A stretch of 64,000 bases of DNA from Candidatus Campbellbacteria bacterium (GCA_016699465.1 CP064977.1:409743-473742), one strand, 5' to 3'. Numbered from the stretch's first letter, positions 29,908 to 40,940 are shown. The notes: generated by a model from the letters alone, not told the origin. Numbers and translations are program-made.

Positions 29908-30525
29908 AATATAAGAAAACCCCGCCACGTCTTGCAAGACGGGCGGGGCCCAGTTCTTTGGAGTTGCCCCTTAGTTCGAGCGCGCGACATGAGGACGAAG
30001 ATGCCCCTCATTCGTTTGTAGTCTATCAACAGTCGTCACTGTTGACCGCTCAAATCAGAGTTTCGGTGGGGGATTATCGCAAACGATCTCACCCCCAGGC
30101 TCCTAACGAGGCCAGAACCCGCGGCAGTAAGGGAGATGTGTGCTCAACACACATCAATTGTCTTACACCAAAACGCGGAATACCCCGAGCCCATTAACGC
30201 ATGAACTAGGCGGAGTTAGTTTACCGCTCTCATAGCGGGAGTGTGAATTTGTGTCATAGCGCCCCCCACTCTGGCGCTTAAGGCTTCTTCATAGCCTTCC
30301 TTTCTGTTTTTTGTTGACATTGCGCCATACCCCCGAATGGAGCTGGCACTCATTTTCTGAAGAGTATTATACACACCTCAAATTATTTGTCAAGTATTTT
30401 ATGATTATGTAGAGAACCATACCAAAAAACAGCCCTGTTAGGCCATTTTATGTTTTTACCTTTTTATTTCCCACATACCGGCGTTTACATACTAGCTAAC
30501 TAGCTAATGAAGCTAAAAAGCTTCA

Positions 30526-31896
30526 TTAAATTCCCGCCCGTGACAAAATCGTCTTCACCGTCTTGAGTGCAATTTTGAGGTCCAGTGTAATGTTTCTGTT
30601 TTTGATGTAATACAAATCGTAGGACAACTTCACCCGCGTCTCCCCCACGTCTGTTCCATGATGTGGATGGTTCTCGTGGTAGATCTGTGCCCACCCTGAG
30701 AGCCCTGGCTTGATAAGATGGCGCACATTATAGAATGGTACTTCTTGTTCATAAAGCTTTACCATCGCAGGAAATTCTGGACGCGGACCAATAAGAGAAA
30801 TATCCCCACGCAACACATTCCACAATTGAGGTAACTCATCGATGCGAAGTGTGCGAAGTATTTTTCCTGTTTTTGTTACCACATACTTACTTGCAAGCAC
30901 CGCATTCCCTGAATCACTTCCTGTCATGGTGCGTACTTTAAAAATACGAATGGTATGATTATTTTTTCCCACACGATCTTGCGAAATAAACATCGAACCG
31001 CCGTCTTCAAAACGAATAGCAAAATACACAAATGGAAAAAGTATGAGCGACACAACGAGAAGCGGAAGAGCAATGAGTATATCCATGCCTCGCTTTAAAA
31101 ATTCATAGGTAAATTTTCGTGTCGCAGAAATATTTTCCAAAAACCAACTGTACTGCACCAATGAAAGCGGAACGCGATCAAAAATATCTTCGTACACTTT
31201 GTGCATGTCAACAAAACGCACGCCCGAAAACATGAGGTTATACAACTTAGGAAGAACCTGTACGACATTTTCGTGTTTGGTATCAACAACAATAGTAGTG
31301 ATATTCTCCGAATACATTCGTTCAATGATTTCTTTTTGAAAGTCCAGATCAGAAACATTCGACAAATCAATTGATGATGCAAAAAAGATTCCGTAGCGAG
31401 GATTGCTATTTACTTCACGTTTAAGCTCATCCATCTCATTACCACTACCGATAAGGATTGCCGCTTGTCGTTCAGGCGATTCAAAAAACAACACGCTATT
31501 GCGCCTCCAAATGACCACACACACAAACGAGACCACAAGAAAAATGAAGAGCGTTGTTTTTGGAGTAATACCAAAATACGGAATGAAGTAGAAGAAGAAA
31601 ATACCGAGGATACTATTCACCACCTGCGCATTCAAAATAATTGATGGAATACGTTTTTTAAGAAACGTCGTGTGCTTGTCATAGAGACCTGCAATAAAAA
31701 ATACCAGAAGCCACAACACAAAAAGTATGGTAAATGGCTGGAAGTGGGACACGAGGGCACCCATATCAGGAATTTCAAAACGTCTTAAAAAAAGCGTCAC
31801 CCACAAGGAAAAATAGAGAACGAGAACGTCCCCAAGAAAAAGAATGAGCGCTTCTGAGCGATTGACTATTTTCCCTACGGGCATGAGTACACACAC
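30526..31896 (-). CDS. polyprenyl-phosphate sugar phosphotransferase (WbaP/bacterial sugar transferase family)
   Basis: N-terminal multi-TM region. C-terminal sugar-transferase domain (RIDELPQLWNVLRGDISLIGPRPE). Confidence 0.8.
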   Translation of the reverse strand: MCVLMPVGKIVNRSEALILFLGDVLVLYFSLWVTLFLRRFEIPDMGALVSHFQPFTILFVLWLLVFFIAGLYDKHTTFLKKRIPSIILNAQVVNSILGIFFFYFIPYFGITPKTTLFIFLVVSFVCVVIWRRNSVLFFESPERQAAILIGSGNEMDELKREVNSNPRYGIFFASSIDLSNVSDLDFQKEIIERMYSENITTIVVDTKHENVVQVLPKLYNLMFSGVRFVDMHKVYEDIFDRVPLSLVQYSWFLENISATRKFTYEFLKRGMDILIALPLLVVSLILFPFVYFAIRFEDGGSMFISQDRVGKNNHTIRIFKVRTMTGSDSGNAVLASKYVVTKTGKILRTLRIDELPQLWNVLRGDISLIGPRPEFPAMVKLYEQEVPFYNVRHLIKPGLSGWAQIYHENHPHHGTDVGETRVKLSYDLYYIKNRNITLDLKIALKTVKTILSRAGI

Positions 31897-32017
31897 AGTA
31901 CATCAGAGAAGGCCACTTGTGAAGAGTGCTCCAAAGGGGCTACACCCTGCGCTTACTCTTGTTTCTTTATGTTTTTTGTCATTGCTATCGCAGTAACAGC
32001 TCAGGTATAGTGATGTC

Positions 32018-33157
32018 ATGAACACGCGCAAAAAAATACTCTTTGTCATAACCAAGTCCAACTGGGGTGGCGCACAGCGGTATGTGTATGATCTGACCAC
32101 GTCTCTCCCCTCACAAGAGTATGAGATCGCTGTTGCATGCGGAGGAACTGGTTTGCTAATAGATACACTCCACCAAAAAAATATTACTGTTTTTGAAATA
32201 AAAAGTTTTCAGCGCGATATTAGTTTTACAAAAGAGTTTTCCTCTTTTTTTGAATTACAAAAACTGTACAAAACATGGCAACCAGATATTGTGCATCTTA
32301 ATTCTTCAAAAGCCGGCGGGCTTGGGGCACTTGCGGCCCGCTGTGCTCATGTTCCAAAAATTATTTTTACCGCACATGGGTGGCCATTTTGGGAACCACG
32401 AAACATATTCCAAAAATCACTCATTGCATTCTTTTCATGGCTTACCGTTGTTTTTTCACACGTTACAATTTGTATTTCTAAAAATGATACCTGCACAGCA
32501 CAGCGAATGCCCTTATGTGCACACAAGATTCATTACATACCAAACGGTATCGAACCATACGAGACGCTCACTCGCCCTCTTGCACGAGAAAAACTATTTG
32601 ATCAACACACAATCAATGAGCATGAGCACGATATTTGGATGCTCACCAATGCGGAACTAACGGCAAACAAAAATCACATTCGAGCCATTAATGCCGTTCT
32701 GTCATACAACCAATCTGCATCACAGAAAATTTTCTACGTACTCATGGGTGATGGAGAATCGCGCAACACTCTGTCTACATACATCACTACAAATACTGCC
32801 GAGAACCAAATAGCACTACTCGGTTTTGTAGAACATGGCGCAACATACTACAACGCATTTGATATTTTTTTCCTCCCTTCCCTCAAAGAAGGTGTGCCCT
32901 ACGTACTTCTTGAAGCCGGAAATATTGGAATGTCGTGTATCGCGAGCAACGTTGGAGGTATTCCAGAAATAATCACGCATGAAAAAAGTGGAATTCTCGT
33001 ATCACCTGAAAACTGCGATGAGATGAAAAAAGCCTTTGAAAATCTATCGAAAAACGGAGACCTGAGAGTAGCTTTTGGTACCGCACTCAAAAAAACTATC
33101 ACCGAGCTCTACACAAAGAAACGAATGCTTGAAGAAACAGAACGTCTCTACAAATAG
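32018..33157 (+). CDS. glycosyltransferase family 4
   Basis: GT-B fold. EX7E-type motif (EGVPYVLLEAGNIGMSCIASNVGGIPEII). Confidence 0.8.
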   Translation: MNTRKKILFVITKSNWGGAQRYVYDLTTSLPSQEYEIAVACGGTGLLIDTLHQKNITVFEIKSFQRDISFTKEFSSFFELQKLYKTWQPDIVHLNSSKAGGLGALAARCAHVPKIIFTAHGWPFWEPRNIFQKSLIAFFSWLTVVFSHVTICISKNDTCTAQRMPLCAHKIHYIPNGIEPYETLTRPLAREKLFDQHTINEHEHDIWMLTNAELTANKNHIRAINAVLSYNQSASQKIFYVLMGDGESRNTLSTYITTNTAENQIALLGFVEHGATYYNAFDIFFLPSLKEGVPYVLLEAGNIGMSCIASNVGGIPEIITHEKSGILVSPENCDEMKKAFENLSKNGDLRVAFGTALKKTITELYTKKRMLEETERLYK

Positions 33158-33205
33158 ATAGTGTTCCCTATCGACAAACGTCTGCAAAATGTCTAGTATA
33201 GAGTC

Positions 33206-33460
33206 ATGAGTACTGACGTTATTTTTGATGAAGGACCAATGACTTCGGTTGTTCTCCAGAACCACCAAAGTCCTCTTGTATCTCTTCTCATACAAAGTGG
33301 TCTTGTAAAATCTGAAGCCGGTGCACGTCTCACACTTTTTACTCTCGGCGGTGTGTGTATGACACTCGCACTTGTTATTTTTTTTAAAACAGCAACCGAA
33401 CCCGGCATTACTCCGGCCCGCGACATTCCTCCGCTTACTCGAACCATCAATGCACACTAA
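33206..33460 (+). CDS. small membrane protein (hypothetical)
   Basis: One hydrophobic TM segment. Confidence 0.3.
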   Translation: MSTDVIFDEGPMTSVVLQNHQSPLVSLLIQSGLVKSEAGARLTLFTLGGVCMTLALVIFFKTATEPGITPARDIPPLTRTINAH

Positions 33461-33487
33461 ATTCATACACCACTAAAAACAATCATT

Positions 33488-34090
33488 ATGTATTTTCAAA
33501 CACACCACACACACCAAGGTCGCGGGCAACGAGCTGGATTCACACTTATTGAAGTGTTGGTCTCCATAAGCATCATCGCTCTCCTTTCGAGTGTGGTTAT
33601 GGCAGCGACAAACACCGCACGAAAAAATGCCCGTGACTCAAAACGCATTTCATCTATTCGAGAAATACAAACTGCACTCGAACTTTATTTTACAGATCAT
33701 CAATCATACCCTGATGCGGACACATCAGAAACTTCTGGATTATCATCAGGTACCGGAGGTGTCTGGGACACGCCTCAAGATGGCGACTTTCTCCAAGTAC
33801 TTGTTGACGGTAAATACTTGCAAGGAACCGTGCTCGATCCGCTAAACGAGACAGACAGCCAATATAATTTGCGATATTACAAGTTTCCTGCTGGCGCACT
33901 TGGTTGTCCTGAAAATCGTGGATCATTTTATGTGTTGGGAATTGCAGACATGGAAACCAGCAACGGACGACACCAACTTTCTCCTGGGTGGAGTTGCCCA
34001 GCAAAAGACGGAGGCGAACTACTTGATTTCGGAGACCCCACAGCTCCAGATACAGGATTTGAGTTTGTTGTTGGAAAATACGAAAGCTAG
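33488..34090 (+). CDS. type IV pilin / pseudopilin-like protein with prepilin N-terminal domain
   Basis: GFTLIEVLVSISIIALL class III signal and methylation motif. Confidence 0.6.
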   Translation: MYFQTHHTHQGRGQRAGFTLIEVLVSISIIALLSSVVMAATNTARKNARDSKRISSIREIQTALELYFTDHQSYPDADTSETSGLSSGTGGVWDTPQDGDFLQVLVDGKYLQGTVLDPLNETDSQYNLRYYKFPAGALGCPENRGSFYVLGIADMETSNGRHQLSPGWSCPAKDGGELLDFGDPTAPDTGFEFVVGKYES

Positions 34091-34248
34091 GTTTACAGTA
34101 ATAGAAATTGGGAGTTAGAAGTTGGAAGTTAGTGATTGGTAAATACACAAGGATTTATTTCATACTTTAAATACGAGAATGGTTTTGTTGACTAACTAGC
34201 GCCAAAAAGGTATTGTTGCGATAGATTCGAACCTACAAGGAGAGCGCC

Positions 34249-34515
34249 ATGCCTGAAAAAGCTGAAGTATGTTACTGCAGTTGCCATCGCAACCCCCCAG
34301 GTGAGGTCCATGTTGGGCCTTGTTGTAAAGGGTGTCCGGTGTGCGGAGAGCACATCAGGTTCTCGTGGTTTGAGGAACACCTGAAGAAACACGAGCAGGA
34401 ACGGTGGAGGCTGGAGGAGTTCATACGAACCCATGAGAAAAATCCGCTCAGGTCAGACAGCGGCGGTCTCAAAGACAGTATCTGGGAAAGCATTCAACGA
34501 GACATGCTTCCATAG
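34249..34515 (+). CDS. Cys-rich small protein (hypothetical zinc-binding)
   Basis: CYCSCH...CCKGCPVCGEH. Followed by a strong terminator. Confidence 0.4.
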   Translation: MPEKAEVCYCSCHRNPPGEVHVGPCCKGCPVCGEHIRFSWFEEHLKKHEQERWRLEEFIRTHEKNPLRSDSGGLKDSIWESIQRDMLP

Positions 34516-34527
34516 CAAACGATCCTC

Positions 34528-34568
34528 GCCCCGCCATCACACGATGGCGGGGCTTCTGTTTTTTCCAC
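34528..34568 (+). terminator. rho-independent terminator
   Basis: gccccgccatcacacgatggcggggc followed by ttctgtttttt. Confidence 0.6.
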
Positions 34569-34594
34569 ACACCTGGTCCGCCCACATCCGCGTC

Positions 34595-35716
34595 TTACTG
34601 CATCACTATTTCATCACCAAACACATCTCGATGAGCAGCACGACGATAGCAGCGCATACCAGAAAGAATTCCAAGAGATAAAAATTCTATGACGAGGTGA
34701 CTTCCACCATACGACACAAACGGGAGCACTGTTCCCGTCACAGGGAGTAACCCCACATTCATACCAATATGAATAATTGCGGGCGCAACAAACGTAAGTG
34801 CCACGCCGACAGCAAACAATGTTTCAAAATTTGTTGCACCCAAAAATCCTTCTCGAATAATTCTCCACACCACAATACCAAAACAAAGAAGCAAAAGTAT
34901 CACGCCAACAAATCCCCACTCTTCTGCAAAGGCGCCAAAAATAAAGTCTGTTTCGTACTCAGGTAAAAACTGAAGACGCGATTGAGTTCCAAACCCAACA
35001 CCTTTTCCTAAGAATTCTCCCGACCCAACGGTAATCGTTGACTGATAGGCGTTATACCCAGCACCTTGGATATCAGTGAGCGGATTAAGAAATGTGAGAA
35101 TACGCGCTTTTTGATAGCCCTGAAATACAAAACTCCACAATCCCCCAAACGCAAGTGCGCCTATCATAAATACAAGGGCCAAATGTTTTTTTGAAATACC
35201 AGACACAAGCACCATGCCAAACCACAAAAAGAAAGCAACAATTGCACCTCCGAAGTCTGGTTGAATAAAGAGTAGTAAGAAAAAAATGAGTGCGTAGAAT
35301 CCCGAGACAAGAATGTGTCGTATGTGTGCAATCTCAACGTGTCGACGGGAAAAATATTTTGCCAATACAATCACCAGTATGAGTTTTGCCGGATCAGATG
35401 GTTGTAGAAAAAAAGCTCCGAAGTTAAAACGAGAAACTGCGCCCATAGTTACCGTTCCAAGAAAAAACAAAAGTGCCAGCGACGCAACAGACACCAGGAG
35501 TAACGTCACCACCACCGACGTGTTACGTAAGAATCTCCAATCAACAAGTCCTGCCGCAAAAAAAACAGCAAGAGATACACAGAGCCACACAAGCTGTTGC
35601 TCAAAAAACGTATTGGGTTCAATGAATGAATTCATGGTTACCAACCCAAATGCACACAACACAAGTGTTGCAGAAAGTAATACCCAATCAATTTGACGTA
35701 ATGCGGTAAAAGACAT
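34595..35716 (-). CDS. SEDS-family peptidoglycan polymerase FtsW/RodA
   Basis: 10-TM SEDS topology and motifs. Confidence 0.8.
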   Translation of the reverse strand: MSFTALRQIDWVLLSATLVLCAFGLVTMNSFIEPNTFFEQQLVWLCVSLAVFFAAGLVDWRFLRNTSVVVTLLLVSVASLALLFFLGTVTMGAVSRFNFGAFFLQPSDPAKLILVIVLAKYFSRRHVEIAHIRHILVSGFYALIFFLLLFIQPDFGGAIVAFFLWFGMVLVSGISKKHLALVFMIGALAFGGLWSFVFQGYQKARILTFLNPLTDIQGAGYNAYQSTITVGSGEFLGKGVGFGTQSRLQFLPEYETDFIFGAFAEEWGFVGVILLLLCFGIVVWRIIREGFLGATNFETLFAVGVALTFVAPAIIHIGMNVGLLPVTGTVLPFVSYGGSHLVIEFLSLGILSGMRCYRRAAHRDVFGDEIVMQ

Positions 35717-35764
35717 ACTTTCTAATCGCCACTTGTTTCAACACAACAATACATACCACGCTAA

Positions 35765-36526
35765 CTAGTACTTCGACGAAAAAAGAGGGATCACATCAAT
35801 GCGCGCGACCGCACTCGGAAATGGCTGTGGCCACGTAAAGACAATTTCTGCATCCGATGTACCTGAAAGTTTTTCAATTACCGTTCGTGATGCATGCATT
35901 GCGTTATCTTTGTCGTCGTACACAATTGCAACCACGGGAAGTTTCAAAAAAGTATCCAATGTTTTGTTTCGAATATGAGCAACCAGTCGAGGTGCCGTGT
36001 CTTCATTACTCATTTGTCTATCAATCACCTCAACATCTGGACGAATAAATGATGAGTGCACCCAATCAGGACTTGTGAGAAACTCAAAATCAGTGATTGT
36101 CGGAATACGTTCTTGTGTTTGTATACCTGTTTCAAAAATAGGAACAATGGTGTGTGGTGGTAAATACGCAGTCCCCTTTCGCTCATTCACGAGTACGTTG
36201 CGATTATCACGAAGACGAAACACATACGGCACAGCAACAGCTTCTAGTGCATCATTTGGATTTTCAACAAGTGCAACAGCCGTGTACGTTCCCGGTGCAA
36301 CTTGAAATTCTTGCTGCCAATACGGAATTGGTTTTCCCGCTTGAAAACTGCACACACGTGTACATGAACCACCACAATCAACTCCATTTTCATTTCCATT
36401 TTGGATACCATCATCGCAACGAGCTGGTTTGTACATAATAAAAAAAGTCGGAATACCAATGAGAAGTACCAAAAAAAGTATTGTTCCAAATAAATATTTC
36501 GCTTGTTTTTTTGAAGCCCAGGACAT
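35765..36526 (-). CDS. membrane-anchored hypothetical protein
   Basis: N-terminal TM segment. Cys-rich extracellular segment (CDDGIQNGNENGVDCGGSC). Confidence 0.45.
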   Translation of the reverse strand: MSWASKKQAKYLFGTILFLVLLIGIPTFFIMYKPARCDDGIQNGNENGVDCGGSCTRVCSFQAGKPIPYWQQEFQVAPGTYTAVALVENPNDALEAVAVPYVFRLRDNRNVLVNERKGTAYLPPHTIVPIFETGIQTQERIPTITDFEFLTSPDWVHSSFIRPDVEVIDRQMSNEDTAPRLVAHIRNKTLDTFLKLPVVAIVYDDKDNAMHASRTVIEKLSGTSDAEIVFTWPQPFPSAVARIDVIPLFSSKY

Positions 36527-36838
36527 GTGGATAATATTTAGAATATAGAATATGAAAGACAGCGTAAGAACATATACAGAATATCAGAAAAAACCTTTTT
36601 CAGAAACAAAAACACCGCCTTGTGAGCGATGTTTTTGATTGAATGCTTTGTTCTGGCGGCTACCTACTCTTGCCCTTACGGACTACCATCGGCACTAATG
36701 AGCTTAACTTCCGAGTTCGGAATGAGATCGGGTGTATCCCCATCGTTAAGCCACCAGAACAAAATTTTCAATCAGAATGAACTCTGACAACTGCATAAGT
36801 ATACACAAACACTGAAGAGTGGCCCTTTTTTGAAAAAT

Positions 36839-36915
36839 TGGAGTTCCTAGCAGGACTTGAACCTGCAACCTCCACCTATGCAAGGTGGTGCTCTACCTAT
36901 TTGAGCTATAGGAAC
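36839..36915 (-). tRNA. tRNA-Cys(GCA)
   Basis: Hand fold: acceptor GTTCCTA/TAGGAAC, anticodon arm CCACC-TTGCATA-GGTGG, T-arm GCAGG-TTCAAGT-CCTGC, CCA encoded. Confidence 0.75.
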
Positions 36916-36940
36916 CCATTTTTATTTAAAAAAGGGTGAT

Positions 36941-37012
36941 TGGGAGGGTGGGGTTCGAACCCACAACACTCGAGTTTTGAGCTCGATGCTCTACCGTTGA
37001 GCTACCTCCCCA
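36941..37012 (-). tRNA. class I tRNA with anticodon CAA (Leu codon UUG) but Phe/Met-like body; G1.A72 mismatch
   Basis: Hand fold: GGGGAGG-TA-GCTC-AACGGTA-GAGC-A-TCGAG-CTCAAAA-CTCGA-GTGTT-GTGGG-TTCGAAC-CCCAC-CCTCCCA-A. No CCA encoded. Confidence 0.5.
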
Positions 37013-37107
37013 ATCGAAGATTGGTCGACCTGTCTCAGATTTCTCTGAGAAGAGATTATGATGTGGATCTCCCACATCATATCTCGTCAGGCCGTTAAAG
37101 AACACGA

Positions 37108-37261
37108 AGTGGTGGACCTGGAGGGATTCTAACCCCCAACCTCTTGGTTTAACAAGCGCTCTGACAAGGCTCATCCGTTAGGGATTTGAACCCCTGAAAC
37201 CAACGGCTGTGTTGATTTCCCCATCCGTGGGTTATAGGACAACCCATTTTGAGCTACAGGT
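37108..37261 (-). ncRNA. 154-nt tRNA-like element of unknown identity, downstream of the 23S 3' end
   Basis: Perfect 7-bp terminal helix GGACCUG...CAGGUCC followed by A-CCA. Internal anticodon-arm-like GGGTT-GTCCTAT-AACCC and two T-loop-like motifs. Does not fold as a canonical single tRNA or as a 5S rRNA. Confidence 0.25.
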
Positions 37262-37714
37262 CCAAAATATTTCCACTCTTCAATGTTTGTGTAGTATTCC
37301 CCGACGTATACATCGGAGCAAAAAGAAATCAGCGCGCTATGAATCGATTTTCAGATTACCTAACAGGAGATGTCGACGAATTAGTACATCTCGGCTCCAC
37401 ACATTACTGTGCGTCCACCTAATGCCTATCAACGTGATCATCTCTCACGGGTCTTAATGATTTCTAATCTTGAAGTTGGCTTCCCTCTTAGATGCTTTCA
37501 GAGGTTATCCATTCCCGACATAGCTACGCAGCGGTGCACCTGGCGGTACAGCTGCCACACCAGAGGTCAGTTCATTCCGGTCCTCTCGTACTAGGAACGA
37601 ATCTTCTCAAAAATCAGCGCCTGCAGCAGATAGGAGACCAACCTGTCTCACGCATGTTTCCAACGATTGCTCGTTGCATTGGACTATACCTTATACCTCG
37701 CTTTGCGAGTAAAC

Positions 37715-38375
37715 CCAAAGTTCAAATTTCAAAGCTCAAAATTTTGGATTTTGTGCTTTGTGCTTTGGATTTTCTTCTGCATCGCAGAAGGCATGTTGAC
37801 ATGTAGTCTCTACGGGTAATTGTGAATTCTATTGAGGGGCCGACGCAGGGTCAGCCCGGAACTTTCTGATCGAGTCAGATGATCCAGCTCGTCAGCATGT
37901 AGCTGGCGAAAAAGACCAAGACGCTGAGCGCGATCTTGATGTCGCGATCGACGTTCCTCATTTCTTCCTTGGTAGGGTGAACGAAGAAGTCTCGACGACT
38001 GCACGCAGGAAGAAATCCCGGCATGAAAGAACCTCCTTTCTGGACAGAAATGTCCTCAATAGAACTCACAATCATTCCCTCGGAATTACCCATAAAGGGT
38101 TTTCCCGATATAAGTCAACTTACTTCATACACATTACTATGTATGACCGCCGTGATATGATTGGTTCCTTTTAGTTTTCATCTTAAAAGACGAAAAGATT
38201 TTTTGGGCAACCGATTTCATTTTAAAATCGGAAGTTTTATTAGACAACATTACTTCGAAGGGATTCAGACTGTTTTGAAACCAATCACAAAATCCAAAGT
38301 TCAAAATCCAAAAAAATTCTAAGGTTTAAATCTTAAAAAACTTTTTTGAGCTTTGTGCTTTGAGCTTTTGATTTC
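37715..38375. repeat. IVS-like insertion in 23S, bounded by palindromic AT-rich repeat copies
   Basis: Copies of AAAGTTCAAAATCCAAAAAA...TTTTGAGCTTTGTGCTTTGAG at both ends (37715-37775, 38290-38375). A GC-rich interior has short ORFs with weak similarity (SRRDFFVH) to the four-helix-bundle protein. Confidence 0.55.
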
Positions 38376-38411
38376 AGTTCCAGAACGGTCTGAACCCAGC
38401 TCGCGTACCTT

Positions 38412-38444
<33 letters not shown>

Positions 38445-39044
38445 TCTCCAGCCCCGGGATAAGGTGAGCCGACATCGAGGTGCCGAACACCACCGTCGCT
38501 ATGGACGCTCGGGTGGTACCAGCCTGTTATCCCCAGAGTAGCTTTTATCCGTTGAGCTCCCCCCGCATCTAAAGCGAAAGGTCGGATCACTATGCTCTAC
38601 TTTCGTACCTGCTCGACATGTCCGTCTTGCAGTTAAGCCCTCTTTTGCCATTACACTATCGGCACGGTTTCCATTCGCGCCTAGAGGACCTTTATAGACC
38701 CCTCCGTTACTTTTTAGGAGGGATTCGCCCCAAACAAACTACCTGCCAGATACTGTTCCCTACCGTTTTTGCCGTCAGGGTTAGAACGTACAATTCAAAA
38801 GAGTGGTATTTCATATTTCGAGTCCAGCAGAGCCAAAACCCTGCCTTCAACCTCTCCCACCTATGCTACGCATTTAACTCGTACGCCCAATATCAAGCTG
38901 TAGTAAAGCTTCTGGGGTCTTTTCGTCTAGCTGCAGGTAGAGGGCATCTTCACCCCCATTGTATTTTCACCGAGCGAGTCCTCGAGACAGTTCCCCAGTC
39001 GTTACACCATTCGTGCGCGTCAGAACTTACCTGACAAGGAATTG

Positions 39045-39083
<39 letters not shown>

Positions 39084-40849
39084 CAGGGCTTATACAGTTC
39101 AGCATATACCTTGCGGCACACACCCCCCGTACTTGACCTTCTGGCATTGGTCAGGTGTCACCCCCTATACATCCTCTTGCGAGTTCGCAGGGAGCTGTGT
39201 TTTTGATAAACAGTCGCCAGGGAGACTTTCGCTGCGGCCCACGTACTGCTACGTGGGCAGACCTTATTGCTAACTTACGGTCGCTTTTTTGCCGAGTTCC
39301 TTGAGGACCTCTCACTCGTTCGCCTTACTCTACTCGAGCTGAACACCGGAGTCGGTTTGCGGTACGGTCTGTGTGTATTTATTCTTAGAAGATTTTCTTG
39401 GAAGCGCGCTCTATACCATTCCCCAACCCGAAAGTTGAGTTCTCGAAAACACTCGGGATAGTGCCTGCCGGATTTACCTAACAAGCGCCCTCGTGTCCCC
39501 GACACAAATCCAATAATGTGCGATATATACAGCACTCCGTCTCTCCATCGAAATACACCCAGGTCATGGAATATTAACCATGTGTCCATCATGTTCGGAT
39601 TTCTCCATCCACTTAGGCCCGACTAACCCTTCGCTGATTACCATCGCGAAGGAAACCTTGTTCTTTCGGCGTGCGGGTATTTCACCCGCATTGCGGTTAC
39701 TTGTACCAACATTCGCTCTTCGGAACGCTCCACCGTGGCTCACGCCTTCGGCTTCATCGCAGATCCAAATGCTCTCCTACCACTGCACATGCACGAATGC
39801 ACATACAATCCTCAGTTTCGGTACAATGCTTAGCCCCGATTGTCTGTGGCGCGAAGTCTCTAAATGAGTGAGCTGTTACGCTTTCTTTAAAAGATGGCTG
39901 CTTCTAAGCCAACTTCCTCAGTGTTTAAGAAACTTCACCTCCTCGACTGTGCACTTAGCATTGATTTTGGGACCTTAACTTGAGATCAAGGGCTGTTTCC
40001 CTTTTGACCAGTGGAGCTTAGCCCCCACGGTCTAACTGCCTAACACTTTACTCTTGGTATTCGGAGTTTGATTGGTCCAGCGAGATTTCTCCCTATCCAG
40101 ACCATCCAGTGCTCTACCCCCAAGAGGTACGTTAGACGCCAGCCCAAAAGCTGTTTCGGAGAGAACCAGCTATTACTAGGTTCGATAAGCTTTTCACTCC
40201 AACCCACAAGTCATCCGAAGATTTTGCACCATCAACCGGTTCGGGCCTCCCTCCATCTTTCGACAGAGTTCACCCTGCTCATGGGTAGCTCACCTAGCTT
40301 CGGGTCTTATGCAGACGACTAAAAGTAGAAGTTGGAGGCCAGACTCGAAGATACCGAAGTACCTTTTCGCCTGACTTCTAACTTCTACTATGTTCGCGCT
40401 ATTCACACTCGGTTTCCCTACAGATTCATCCGACAAAGGACTTATCTTACGCCGTGTGCATAAACTCGTTGGCTCATTCTTCAATAGGCACGCCATGACG
40501 GTCTTGCGACCGCGCTGACTCCTTGTAGGCATATGGTTTCAGATCTATTTCACTCCCCTCTCCGGGGTTCTTTTCACCTTTCCCTCGCGGTACTAGTTCA
40601 CTATCGGTCTCAATGTGTATGTAGCCTTGCCGGTTAGTTCCGGCGGATTCCCTCAGGCTATTCGTGTCCTGAGGTACTCAGGAACGGTAACTAGAAAGAT
40701 GTGTTCTTTTCGCATACAGGACTATTACCCTCTAGGGTCGCGCTTTCCAGCGCATTCTGCTAAGAACACATTTTGTAACTTTCTCCTTATCCGAAGACAG
40801 GCGTTACCGCCCTACAACCCCGCACGCATCACGCTGTACGCGATGCGTA

Positions 40850-40940
40850 AATCCAAAATCCAAAGTTCAAAATCCAAAAAAATTCTAAGATTTTAATTCT
40901 TAAAAACTTTTTTGAGCTTTGTACTTTAAGCTTTGTGCTT
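40850..40940. repeat. short hairpin-only copy of the same palindromic repeat in the 23S 5' domain
   Basis: aatccaaagttcaaaatccaaaaaaattctaag...ctttttttgagctttgtactttaagctttgtgctt. Confidence 0.5.

Noticed and set aside
37108-37261. 5S rRNA expected immediately downstream of 23S
   Set aside because: The sequence lacks 5S hallmarks (CCGAAC loop C, GAGAGUAGG helix IV region) and is about 35 nt too long. Kept as an unknown tRNA-like element instead.
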